Origin: Klebsormidium nitens
Taxonomy: Eukaryota; Plantae; Klebsormidiophyceae
Length of the DNA: 64,000 nt
Assembly: GCA_000708835.1 (NCBI GenBank)
Contig: DF237091.1
Coordinates: 1 to 64,000 of the forward strand
Reading direction: 5' to 3'
Made by a program: the position numbers and the translations under genes. The notes under the pieces are model-generated. The model saw only the letters and a program-made list of their open reading frames with translations, did not search any database and was not told where the DNA came from. Positions 48,683 through 61,700 of this stretch are shown one piece after another; position 1 is the stretch's first letter; each line of letters opens with the position of its first letter.

Positions 48683-49883
48683 GCTTGTGTCCCCAGGTTA
48701 GGCAGCTGAGATCAAGGCTAGTTAAGATTGAATCGTAGTCTTTTGAGTAGGTAGAGCAACGCAGATAGTGTTATACACGAAGTTGACATGCTTGTGATCG
48801 TCGACTTTTGGGGCAACTTTTTCTGTGTCTGCCACTGTGGCCTGGTCAAGCTGGGCATAGTGTCCTTGTGACAATTGAAGGCCCTTAATCTGACTGAGGG
48901 TGCAATGGTCGATTGCTGGTTGTTTTTTGCAGTTTCCTCTCTTTCTTGACTGTGTCCTTTGCTCCCATGGTGCACTGCACATCAAAGGTCTTTCGCCAGG
49001 AGTGCTCAAGTGATGTAGGGTCCCGGCAGTGCGTTCTTCGTTTGGTGCCAAATGGCATGCATGATCGACTGCCATCATTGTAATCAAGAGGCGGCAGGCT
49101 GAACACCTGCTATCGATTCAGAACGATCAGCTCTCACAAATACTCCGTCGAAGGCAGACGATTGCTATTTGGTGCATGTATTAGCTGATAATTGAAGTCT
49201 TCGTACCTGCATGGGCATACTGCAGATCGGCATACTATGCAATATACTATAGTCGTGCGATTGAGTCTACCCGAAACCAATCCATATATGCTTTATCATG
49301 ACCATGACATGTTCGTGTTGGAAATTCTAACATGAATGACGAATCATTGAATGATGCTGAGCTCCGGCTGCGGCCCTGGCAACAACCGTCTGCAACAAGG
49401 CCACGCATGGAACTGAAAGACCCAGAGGTGAGCCCCGATCACATGGTCGTTTGCCCTCAGGTGATCTGCCATGCATCATGTGACCACAAAATTGCGGCAA
49501 CCATGCACACACTAGCGCTGCACACACTTGCATACAATTGACAACGATGACATAATAGTTAGGTGCGTGCCACATGTATGCACTGGCGCATCTCACAGGT
49601 TGCCTGCGCTGGCATCGGACCGACTGCCAACAACCGCGGGAACAATCAAATACAAATGTGCATGGCTGCCGCTTAGAGTTGCCACTGGATGTAGAAGATG
49701 GAGTGGGTCCACGTGTCCACACAAGCTGGTCGCCAGCATTATGAGGCGTTCACTGCCATGCCAACCGGTTCTTTGGGAATCTGAACATCTCTGTTTCCGA
49801 TTATTGTTTGCTCACCAGTCCCTTATTGCGGTTCCCATCTTGCAAGGCTTCCGCACGCTTCCTGACTCCTGCGAGATCCTTCT

Positions 49884-52800
49884 TTACACTTTCTTGGCGC
49901 GCGTCCGCTGCTTGGTGGCGTGCTCCACGATCTTCTCCTCCACCGGAAGGCCCTTCCGCCGGCGCACCTTGTCCATCATCCGCCGAGCAATGTTCTGGGC
50001 CAGGCCGATCCCGTCACCAAATTCTTCAAGCTCTTCTTCCGTCCGAGGAACGAAAAATGGATCCTACACCAACGAAGATAGATGAGAAAGAAGCATTCAG
50101 CGTGCGTGTCAGAGTGCGCATTCGTGTCGGACTCCTCGTTCCATTTTCGACCTGCCGGTCTCTGAATTGGAACTCACTTGCTTGACAGGTTTGTAAACAT
50201 CAAGCTAACACCGTGTACGTTCGACTTCATTGAAAGATTGCGGTATTTCGCCAATTGCTGAGCAGAAGTCCGATTCGTCGGAGTGATGAACTTCGCACCC
50301 TCAGTACTTCACGCCCACTGAAATCGTAAATACACCTAAAAAGTCAAGACTGGGTCATCAAAGGGCCGAGCTGACGTCACCCACCTCGGGCAGCGCCTCC
50401 CAGTGGCTGAGCACGAGCTGCGGCGACGCAGCGCCGGACGTCTTGCGGCGCAGCTCGTCCGCAAAGCCGAAGCTGTCCGCGACGGGCATGTGCGCGTGCA
50501 CCGTGAACATGGCCGTGCCCTCGCGCATCTCCTCTTTCAGCACGCGCGCACGCCTCTTGCCCAGAACCGCGTAAACCTGAGAGTGGAAGCGACAAGGAGT
50601 TGACAGAGAGCACTTTGCCAGTTTTAGTGGCTTACTTCTGCGTCTATCGGTCTAGTAGTGCAGGGCGTAGAATTCTTTATTGTGCGTCAGGTACTGCTAA
50701 GTCGACGTGACAGCGCTAGTTACGACTACTTGTGAAGTAAGATTCCGCTTGGCTTGCTTGACGCACAATGTGCAAACCATAATCTAGCAGAGGGGACCCG
50801 AGCAAACCCAAACTACCTTATCAGCATTTCGACCATTGCTGATGCACTCGTTATGCGATACCGAAGGGTCGTTCAATTTGATTCCCATGCCTGCCTCGTC
50901 AAGGACGCAGTCCTCTTATGACAAATCGAATGGTCGGGCATCAAATGGTCCCGAAGGACGTCGCTAATCATCTGTGCTTGTGCCAGAACTCTGTTCCTGG
51001 TCTGAAGGCCAGCGAAAAGCCAAGCGGTCTTCTCACCTGCCCCAGCGCCTCCGCCGTCGTCGACACCTCACACAAATACATCGCCTCCGCTAACCGCGGG
51101 TTAGCCGCCAGAACCGCCTTCCGGCACGCCTCCCTAACCGCGGTAATGACCTGACCCGAAAACGGACCATGACCGGTGGTCGCCCTGTCTTCGTTCTCCG
51201 CTTCCCCGCTTTCGGCCTTAACCACCGCTTCGACGATAAACCCTAACCCCCACAACGGTTCCTCACACAGCGGGCCAGCCGCCGTCGCTAACTGAAACCC
51301 GTTAACCACGCTGCTAACCGCGCTTTCGGCCAGCTCTTGGGCGCTCAGATCCCGGTCCGCGCTAGTAACCCCGCTTCTAACTCCGTCTTCAAAATCTTGC
51401 CCGCTTACGTCTTGGTCTGGGGACAGTGCGTTTGACTCGTCGTTTGACAGGGCCCCCGTTTCCAGTGCGGAAGGCACTGCAGAATCGGGCCCTTTGGAAG
51501 CGCCCGAGCTTTCGCCCACGTCAACAGAACCTGCCGTCGGCGGAGTTTTGCGCTTCTGCAACAGCCCCAGCCGACCACTGACCGTCGGTTCTTCCGTAAC
51601 CAGCACTCCCCGCTCTAACCCCGCACTAACGGCAGGGCTTGGAGACCGCGCACTCCGTGCTGCCCCCCCCTCTTTCCCCTCTTCCCGAACCCCCCCGGGC
51701 AGTTTCCCAACGTCCGGACGCCAAACCTCAGGGACTAGAAGCACGTTGGGCCCCACCCCTCGAGGGCCCAAACCCCACATCCCTTCCAGAAGCTTTCTCC
51801 ACGTGAGGGTTCTCGCCTCCAAACCCCCGGGTTTGGCGCCCGTTCCCCCCAGTTTGGTGTCCGAACCCACGGGTCTGGCGTCCGTACCCTCCCCACGGAC
51901 GTCTGAACCTTCGCTCTCGGCATCTGCTTCTTCCGCCGCTTGTATCAGCCGATCCCTCAGAACTGACACTGGGTCTTCCTCCTCTTTCCCCGCCGCCTCG
52001 GCGCCCCCCCTCCGTCGCCCCGCGCTCGACCCCCCCTCTTCGGTCAAAATTCCCCTTAGAAGCTCCGCGTGTTCGTCGAGAACTGTGGTGATGCCACCTG
52101 GCAGCCGGACGACTCTGACGCGGACGGTGCACCGACCATCGGGCGTGCTGTCCTCCACCAGGGGGCTCGCCGCCAGGCGTTTCCGTGCCCCCCATTTCGT
52201 AACGGCTCGGTCGGAGGCAGGTTCGGGCTCGGAGATGGTCTCACGGAATGCAACTAGGGGCGGGGACACCTCAAGCTTTATTTTCGCAAAGCGCTCCTGC
52301 ACAAAGGAACACAGAGGATTTGTCAGCGTGAGAGTGGGACGTGCGTCAGTTTCCGCGGCGCCGGCATGCTCCGGGATTCCGCGCTTTGAGAGGGGAAACA
52401 GAAACTCTAAAACTTGGCCCTCTTTAGTCGATCCACACGAAACAACCAGCCAAAGAAATTAAACGTGCTGATGTCATACCTGCAAATCGCGTATACACCG
52501 CTCCAGGTGCACCTCCCCTGCGGCCCCAATGACATGCTCCCCGCTCCCGGACACGAGCACCTCGACGAACGGATCCGCGCGGTTTAGTAGTCGCAGACCA
52601 CGGACTAGGGCCGGAATGTCCGCCGGATCCGCCGGCTCCACGGCGACCCGGACGATTGGCGCCGCCTAAAGCAAGAAAAAAGAGTCAACACCTATGAGCA
52701 AATCTATTCGCAACAGTAATGACACGAAAGCGCTGACTTCTACGGCATCTGCTGGCTCCTTGGTGTTGCACAATCATTGCCATGGGATGTAGCACACCAG

Positions 52801-55800
52801 TTAATATTGTTCGCAACAAACCGTTAGCAGAATCAACGATATGGTTGTTGACAATAATCGCGCGAGAGCGTTGAGCAGACGCCACCAATGCAAGATGCAA
52901 GATGCCTCCTCACTCCGCTCTCCACGAACTTCAAGCATCGCCAAAGCTAACATGTACAAGGTCTTGCTTGCGACTTTTCAGATGTCGGTATTTGCCACTT
53001 TCAGCTCCAGATAATTGCAACTTTTCAGAAGGAGCAAGCGAAAGAAGTGTATCGAAGCGTACCTGGAACATCATGCTGGCCATGGGCCAGGCCGCGCGCG
53101 TGTTTGTGAGCGTTGCCGCTTTCAGGATGTGCTGCCCAAGCCCCAGAATGCCGCATACGTTGCCCGCGGGGATGCTGTCCACCGCCTCGAGGCCGCGGCC
53201 CATGATGAGAAACAGGCCCTCTACGACAGCCTCCTGTGGAGTGCGGAAACGTATTGACTTCAGAACGCACTTTTTAAAATTGTTCGCTATTCGCTGAAGT
53301 TATCAGGAATGTTAGGTCGTGTTGGATCAATGATTCGGCGGCACCAGTGGGAAAGGAGTGACAACGAGAAGCGGCGGTTTTCGAATGTTTGAATCCGACC
53401 AGCACCTGACACAAGCAGGCTGATGAGAGAGTAGGATTTTGTTTCAGATAGTCTCCACCAGTCCTGAACATTTGGTATGTTCGTAACTTCACGCAGTAAG
53501 TTCAGGGCATCATCAACACCAGCTTGCCGCACCTTCCTTAGTGTTCCGAGACACAGTGTGCGGAATCGTCACGAAGTCTCACTTGAATGTGACGTTTCGA
53601 TCCCTCCGGATCCGTCGGATCGTACCCCCCCGACAGCACGAACACGCGCTGGCCCTCTCGCAGCCGCCCGCTGAAGACCCGCGCAAATGCGACGAAGCAC
53701 TCCCCCTTGCCGGACGGTCCCGCGTCCGTATCTTCGCTCCCTCGGACGTCCGCCTGGTCCAGGTGGTACTCGCGGCCGGGGGGCCGGCGGGGGAGTTGCT
53801 CAAAGGGTACGGCAATCATCTGCAGAAGGATGAGTCTGGTTTGAAGGCTGCAGCGAGAGTGAAGTCGAGATGCAATAAGCGACCTCAGATTCCAGCTGTG
53901 TCGCAACAAAGCTTCTTCCCTTCAAACCCGAATTCGCGGCCCGGGGGGCCGAGGGACAGTGGCTCGGAGGAAAGGACGATCCTCTGTACAGGTTGGGATG
54001 TAGAAGACGCAGGCCTTTCAAGCCAAGGGTATCTCTGCAACCGGTTCTTGCACCTGTGTCCAAATCGTCGCTTCCCTCAACGAACGTCTGATTCATCGGT
54101 GTCCATGACTGAGAGCCGGCGCAAGAGTTGCTCACAAGCTGAAAGCAGGGTCTGTGCCAACATCTGGGCCTACCTTGGACACAAACACCATGCAAGGCGC
54201 CCCGGGGACCCCGTCGCAATTCTCCACGGCAGTGTCGATGCGCGCAATCTCCTCCACGAGCTGCGTGGGCGCGCTCGCGCGCACGAGCCGCTTCGGCAGC
54301 AGGCGCGGCAGGCGGTCGGCTTGCGCCTCCCGGGGCCCCGGCAGGCAGGAGACGACCATGCCCAGGACGGCCTCCGAGAGAGGAAGCCACCTGGACAGAA
54401 CGAGTTTCAGTGAATATTGGAAGTGAAAAGCAACGGTTTTCTGGCAGCAATTCTCGTGACGGTAATTTGTTTAGAGGCCTTCAAAAATTTCCGCAGCAAC
54501 GAAGGGAGCGGGCAGACAGGAGACGATCATGCCCAGGACGGCCTCCGAAAGGGGAAGCCACCAGGTCAAACCGAGTTTCAATAGATTTCAACAGAACTAT
54601 CGCCGGTCTTCATGGAATATCTTTGACGACACTTGATTCGCTTCCAGCTCTTTTCGGCCCCCTGTGGTTCGTCAACATGGAACCAGACGTCGAAAGTGAG
54701 ATCGTTCTAAGACGGGCGTTCGGTGAGACTTTTCCCGATTTGAGACTTTGATGGCAATCCAACGATTCCATTTCCAGAATGATGTGGAGTGGTCGGTTAT
54801 ACCAGATCACCAATGTCTTTCGGAGGCAGCGACACACGCCTGACCCGAGAGAGCATCTACTTCACCTTCAGGAAAAAGCACCTCATACTCCTCCAACTTC
54901 GCGATATTCACCATCTCAGCAAGGCGTAACCCCACCTGCTCATCACCGCCTGCAATGCCACGCGCGTGTCCTTGTGCTGCAGGTCCCGCGCCGGCACCGC
55001 CAGGTTCATCGCCCTCACGATCTTGGCCACTTTCTCTCCCCGCTCTTGTTCCTCGCTATCCAGCACAGCTGTGTATGCCTGCCAGACGGGCTCCAAGCAG
55101 AACTGCGCAAACATGGGCTTAAGCCGCCCGGCTGCGGCCTTCCGCCCGACTATCTTTTTGGTCTTGGGGTGGTAGTAACGGTCGCCCCAGAGGGCGCGCC
55201 GAAGGGCCTTTTCGCTTGCGCCTAACTTGCTCGCGTACAGCTCGGCAAACTGCGGAGAAGTAGAGGCTAGGATGAGTTCGTGCTTCGCTTTGTGAAATGT
55301 GAACGGCTGTGTGCAATCCAATGAGAGAGCCCCGAGAAAGTCCAAGGGTTGCCGAGAGGTCCAAAATGACAGGTACACAAATTGGCAGCGAGCCAAAGTA
55401 CGCATTTGCTCGAGCTGATCCAAGCAATCTGCGCATACAAGGCTTCAATCCGAGCTTTCAACACACGTTCTCAGAAGGACGCAACCCCAACACGGAAGTA
55501 GCAGAAGAGCATTGGTCGCTCAAGTCACGGGGGGAGGAGAATGCAATGCCCATGAAACGACTCCTGCAGAAATACCAAGCCCAGGGAGCCAGATGCAGGT
55601 GTAATTGAAACGAACGCTGAATGAATGCTGCAGGCAAAAGCTCCGATTCGACGGTCGTGTGCGTGATATAAGACATGCCGGATCTGTCACATGTTACGAA
55701 CCTGTTCGATCCTGAACGCCCATCCGTCCATGGCGCTTGCAAACGCGACATTGCCCTTCTCAGGTGCGAACGCGTCCTCCTCGTCTTCGTCCAGCAGTTC

Positions 55801-57876
55801 GTCTTGCTCTTCCCCGCCATCCTCAGGTCCATTCACACCATCCGTGTTCGGACCGGCCAGCACTGCGTCCACGTCCGAGATCCACTTCTCAGAGCGGAAG
55901 CCGTTAATGATGTTGTTGACTTCAGCAATGATAGCCTGCAACAAGTGAAAAAGCGGAACCGGTCAATAGAGAGGGTTGGACTCGAAGCTTAGAGCGTCCT
56001 AGAGACTCCATGCGCAAAACGTTGTTGGGAAGGATTCGGAAATCTGAAAAGGAGAATCTGAATTCAAACACATATTGAATGAAAAGATCGTTATGCTACA
56101 ATCAACAGTCTTGAAGGCATAGTAGTACAACCATTGGGCTGCTATGACCAGCTTTCTCACAGCTGTGAAGAAGACAAAGCTGAGTCAAAGTAAGGATATC
56201 AGTGCCAGGCTTCGGATCTTCACTCTCTTTGGTCGTACAGGGTTACGAGTAAGGAGGGTTCTCCCAGTCCCTTTCTTGATTTCCTAGGACCGCATATTAA
56301 CAATCTCAGTCACTCGTTTTTTCAAAGTGAAGCATGTGACTGCGTCAGATAGTGATGCAACTTACAGACACAATGTGAACGCATCAACTGACAAACTCCC
56401 TACCTTCATTCGCTCATATGCCTCCAGAGGCGTCAGCCTAAGTTCCATAATGAGGCGGTCAATCTTGTTGAGCACCAGGCACGGCCGCACTCGCTCCTCC
56501 CACGCTTGCCGGAGTACTGCATGGGTCTGGATGTGAACGCCCTCTGCAACGTCCACCAAAACAAGGCCTCCGTCGCTCAACCGCGCCGCCGTAGAAACCT
56601 GCCACAAGAGACTTGGCAAGTTGCTTACTTGTCGATTAATCTCTTAGATGGTTCAAATGGTAGGTGGTGCTTCGACAAGAGTTTAGCATTATGTGATAAA
56701 CAGCTCGGTCCACCGTGATCACGAGAAATAGCAGTACTGTTTGGCAGCCTTGAAGGCACGCACAGTCAAGAAGTGTGGAATCAGGGTCAGCCAATGCAAG
56801 AGTGCTGAATGAGTGGGTGGCTTTGCTTCTGAAGACCGCTGAGCAACATGTTTGACAAACAACAGGGTGGGAAGATACCCGTTGCTATCGTCTCTCCGAG
56901 TCATTTAACTTAGTGAACGGCACCACTCAAGCACCTCCGGCATCACCCCAAGCTCCGCCACTTATTACCACCATTTGCTAGACAACACGCAAGACTTCAT
57001 CATCATCATCTTATGTGAGCTACCACACTCTCATGCCACTACTTCGTATCACTGAATCTCTTGTTGCCAATCATTACTGTTACTGCTCTGATTGGTGGTG
57101 TACTCCCTGGAATCCCGTAGAGCCCTCAGATCCTTCAAAGCTTAAGCCAACTATGCAAATGACCAGTTATTTTGCCTTGAAGTGGCTACAATTTCAGACA
57201 TATCCTGATGTTGCAAGTTCGTGTATGTCACGCAAAAGGTTTGAAGAGCGCACCTCGCTGCAAAAGTCCACGTGGCCGGGCGAGTCTATCAGGTTGACTA
57301 GATACTCAGGGCACTTAGCATCATATGCCGCCGGTTGCTTGGGGCGGAACAGCAGCGAGATAGAGCTGCTTTTCATTGTGATGCCCCTTTCCTGTGAAAA
57401 GGAGATACTTATTTGATTAGCTTACCTCTTTAAACGACAATTGCTTCCTAGCAGTGGTGCTCGGTGGTGGAACCATTTGATTGCATCATTACGACAAGAG
57501 CGTCATAGCTCCACTTGACCGCTTACCCTTCACCGAGGAGACTTGCAGCGGCAATGCAGAGAATCAACTACAGCAAGTCGTTCTCAGATATTGCACCACC
57601 ACTAACCACAAACAAAAGCAGGTTACAATGAAGCCATCTTTTTACCACAGCAAACCATTCACAAATCCAGTCTCAAGTTACCTGTTCATCCTCCCTGTAG
57701 TCCATGTACCGCAGCTTGCCAACCATCTTCGGGTGGATGAGTCCATTGCAGGCGATCAAGTTGTCGGAGAGCGTCGTTTTACCATGGTCCACATGCGCCA
57801 GCACGCAGATGTTCCGGATGCATTCGGGGCGCGCCTGCAGCGCCGCAAGCTGCTCGACGCTGGCGGTGATGCTCAT
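49884..57876 (-). CDS. EFL1: Elongation factor-like GTPase 1 (EFL1/RIA1, 60S maturation), 1172 aa, 12 exons
   Basis: Exons 57876-57682, 57391-57254, 56598-56404, 55935-55702, 55249-54936, 54390-54174, 53819-53583, 53233-53063, 52665-52480, 52296-51037, 50576-50385, 50063-49884 (3519 nt). G motifs [25 protein letters not shown] and NKIDRL; C-terminus [32 protein letters not shown]. Confidence 0.96.
54505..54561 (-). pseudogene. Young pseudo-exon copy of the 5' part of EFL1 exon 6
   Basis: Reads [19 protein letters not shown] vs real [19 protein letters not shown], 171 nt upstream. The acceptor reads gacctg instead of gtccag, and the adjacent intron sequence (aaactcg) is also duplicated. Confidence 0.92.
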
Positions 57877-58111
57877 GGTGGCGTAGCAGGAAAGTTAATT
57901 CAACAGAACCAAAAACATCAGCAGAACGTCCAAGCGGTGCATGTTTTAGAACCTTGAGCAGGAGTCATTGATGGATGCGCAGCTTCATGCGCGCCAGCAT
58001 TGCCGATTGAAATCACGTCTTCACTTCACTTCAACTCGAAAGGAAATTGGTGCCAGAAACTTTTTGAAACTCAGCTCTCAGCCTTTTCGGAATTTTCCGG
58101 AACTCAGACTG

Positions 58112-58391
58112 AGAGTCAGAGTCAGAGTCAGAAGTTCTCAGAACTGCCTTGGTATACACGTGGCAGGCATACACTGGCTATGCAGTGGGGGACGAATTCT
58201 TTTTCTGTGACGGAAAGCCGTACGATACTGCTTACATAAATCGGATGGTGCATATTGATCAAAACTGGCGCGGGATCATACAAAACCTCTGAGTCTGCCT
58301 CTGACTCTGAATCTGAGTCTGAGCAAGCACGAGCAGAATTCTGATTCTCACTTGAAGCGTCATCACGCTCAGAGTCAGAGTCAGAGAGCTC
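58112..58391. repeat. Three (AGAGTC)n / (GACTCT)n-like hexamer clusters in alternating orientation, in the divergent promoter of EFL1 and the SWIM gene
   Basis: agagtcagagtcagagtcag (58112-58131), ctgagtctgcctctgactctgaatctgagtctgag (58289-58323), tcagagtcagagtcagagag (58369-58388). Confidence 0.8.
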
Positions 58392-58723
58392 AAAGATTTT
58401 TGTAGGATACTTCTTTGAAAAGTCGCATCGTGAAACATTGCTGCCTCTTTGTCAAGGTTGATCACACTGTGCAGAACAACTTTGGCGCCCCAATAGTGCC
58501 AGGTCTGGCGTCAGCCGTCCATGTGTTTCAGTTCTGCCCCGTCACATTGACCCTAGAATCTCTTTGTACGGTGCCTGCGCAAAGCCGCCAGTACATCACT
58601 GGGTGCACTCGGTCGGCAGGATCCATCACTCGGAAAGGGCCTACAACGGATTTCGACCAAACGTAAAGTCAGGGCTTTCATTAGAGAGCTGCGAGACAGA
58701 CTGCGGTTGCAGCAGGATTAAAG

Positions 58724-61700
58724 ATGGTCCGAAATGTATATGGCAAGACGGCATGGGGAAAAGGTACGAGGTCAAGCTGTGCAGAGATGAATGATGCGCC
58801 TATTTCAAGCTGCTTGTCATTGCAACTGGAAAGTCCTGTGCATACACTTTTCTCTCGCTGCACACTCGTGTGCAGCGAGAGAATTTGCTGACTTTCATTG
58901 CTACTACAAGAGGCCGCGTTTGAGGTTGTAGATAAGAAAGTAAAAAAGCACAGTGTGAGCTAACGAGGGTCTGTGATGCAGCATTCCTTGACGCCCTGGG
59001 TGCTTTTGACGTCAGCAACAGGCTTGGCAGGGGCAAGACCTATGCAAACACTGGCAAAGTGCTCTCAATCAACATGCAAGGGAGCCAAGTGAGTTTCTTT
59101 TAGTGCTGATCTATCGCTCGTTCATTGCAATGCTGTAATCACAATTCCAGCTTGAAATTTTCTGCTCACAATCTGTAACATCTGTGTTAGGTCAGCTCAT
59201 ATGCATAGGGACTTGTCTTCTTTATCTCTCCAACTTAGGCCACATTGCTGCTTGGAGATGATGTATGATAGGGCTGATCAGGCTTTGGGGCTTGTTGCAC
59301 AACCTGCCTCTCTCTATCATTGCTTTCCTCTATTTCCAATCTAGCCCCAATTAAAAACTTTTATAGCCGGACTGGCAGCAACTGGCAGGGCCGTACATGA
59401 ATACTTTCTATGACTGTTCCAGGTGCAAGCCCGGGTGCAAGGCAGTTTTGCCCCTTTCTACAATGTTGGCATCCAGTTCTCAAAGATGCCAGACTCAGCG
59501 GTCCTCTTCGACGTTGTTGGGAAGAACCCGATGCTGCTTGCGCATATCCTGGTGAGGGCCATCGTCTACAACAACAGGAGCTCACCTGCAGGCTGGCTGA
59601 TAATCACCTTTCTTTGAAGAATACTAGGCTGGCTTCGACGCTTGGAACTTAATGCAAACGTCATTGCCTCCAAGTTGTCTCTTGCCAGCCATAGAGGGAC
59701 TCCTAATGTAAAGTTAGTAGAAGGGGAGAAAAACCTTCGTATCGTTTTTGCATGCCTGCCATCAGACCATCATGCACGCCTCTGATTTTTGGGTAGAATC
59801 TTCGTCACATACTTCTCCCAACCCTTTGAGGCATCAAAATCATCGATTGGTGAGAACTCCCTACTTTTCTCTATGCAGAACAACGAGCTCCCCAGCGAGC
59901 TGCTCACAAAGCTGCAGGAGCGGCGGGTGCAGTTGCTGCCCCGCTCATGGAGTGAGATGAAAGGCAGCTGCACCTGCCCCGACAACCCTGGCCCCGGCAA
60001 CCCTTGCAAGCACCTGGCTGCGGTGTACCACATCATCACTACGGAGATCGACCAGAACCCCTTCACGCTCTTCCAAGTGAGCCTCTCAGCGGAAGCGTTT
60101 TCTTGGTTTCATCTTGATTTGAAAAGTAGGCACGATGCAGATCTGTCTCTAAGGTCGTGTTCAGCTTCGTTTCTACCTTATAAGCCGAGTTTCACATTTT
60201 AAGAATTCTGCCAAAGCGTGCAACCAAATTTGTTTAAGGTGACAACTTATTTTGTTAGGCCAACCTTCTCAGACTAATACTCCAAACTTTCTGATGAAGC
60301 CCCTGCTGCAATGCAATTTGCAAAGAATCCGACCTCTTGTCCATGTCTTTGTTACGAGGATGCATGACGTCCATAGTATGAAATCCAAAATAGTCTTATA
60401 GAACTCTTTCACCAATGCATCTCTTCTCTGCGGTCATACCTGCGAGGCCTCAGATTACCAACTGATCCCCCATCAATCAGTTCGCCACGGAGGTGGCTTA
60501 TCTTTCACAAAGTACTCCTCTTTGATAGCTCCTATGCTGCCATCTCAAACCCCGAATCCTCTGCAGCTCCGCGGCGTCGACCTTGCCAAGCAGTTCTCCA
60601 TCAAGCAGTCCGCCACGGAGGTGCCATACCCACTCCCCGTCCAGCGAACACGAGACGCAGCAGGGGCAAGCACGAGCTCTGAGGAAGTCCCTCCAGAGGC
60701 GGAGGCAGTTCAGCCCGTGAAACTGCTCAAGATTGCCAGCAATGCCAACTTCGTCCTGGGATGCCTGGCTAACAATCCTCCCTTCTCGCTCTCGCTCAAC
60801 TACAAGGTGCGCAAATACTGGGGATCGAAGCATTGTCTTCAAGATTGATCCGCCAAGCTGAAAGTTAGAAGCTTCAAACACCCCTGTTCGGATCTACGGT
60901 ATTCCTTCTTGAGAAGCTTATCTGGTCGTCTCATGTCGTCTTACTTTCGTTTCATTGACCACAACGGGATCTGCAAAAGTAAACCCCCGAACCCTGTCTT
61001 CTTCAGGACGTAATGACGGAGTTCTACACCCACGTTGGCAAGAAGCACAAGGCGGTGATGCAGCTGACAGAGCCGTGGTGGACCGCTGCCCAGGAGGGCC
61101 CCGCTAAGGATCGCCTGCAGCGGGTCGTCTCTCACAGCAGATGCGCTTGCCAAACGTTTCTGCTTTTGAAGGGTCAGCCGTGTCCTTGTTTCTCGGCTAC
61201 AACCTATCGGCGATTCGCCATTTTCTTCGTCCTAACCGCTTTCCTTCATCTAAGGTGAAGTGCGGGAGCATAAATCCCTTACCCTCATGGGCGCGGGAAG
61301 GAGTTCGAGCCATGAACTATTTACAACATGACACGTTTTGAAACAAAATGAAACGGACACCTCAATCAGTCGACACGATAGCCGCATGATGGCCGGTGGT
61401 TTGTTGTGTGCCAACAGGGAGTGAGAAAACTGTTCCATTCGGACGGAGTGTGCAAAGCACTGAATCAGATCCAAGTCAACACTACCAAAAACTTATTCAG
61501 CTGCGTTTTGGCGTCGTTTTCTCCTTGTTCTGACGCGGCCTCTTTCCTCTTCCTGCAGCTTCTCTCTTCGACTAAGTAAAAACTTCGCCAAGCCCAAGCT
61601 TCTGCTGACCAACCAGCTTTTCGAGGCTGAGGCAGACCCTGCCGAGGTAAGCGGACCGTGTAGACCCGTCATTGACTTCAACTTTTCTGGTATTCCATTT

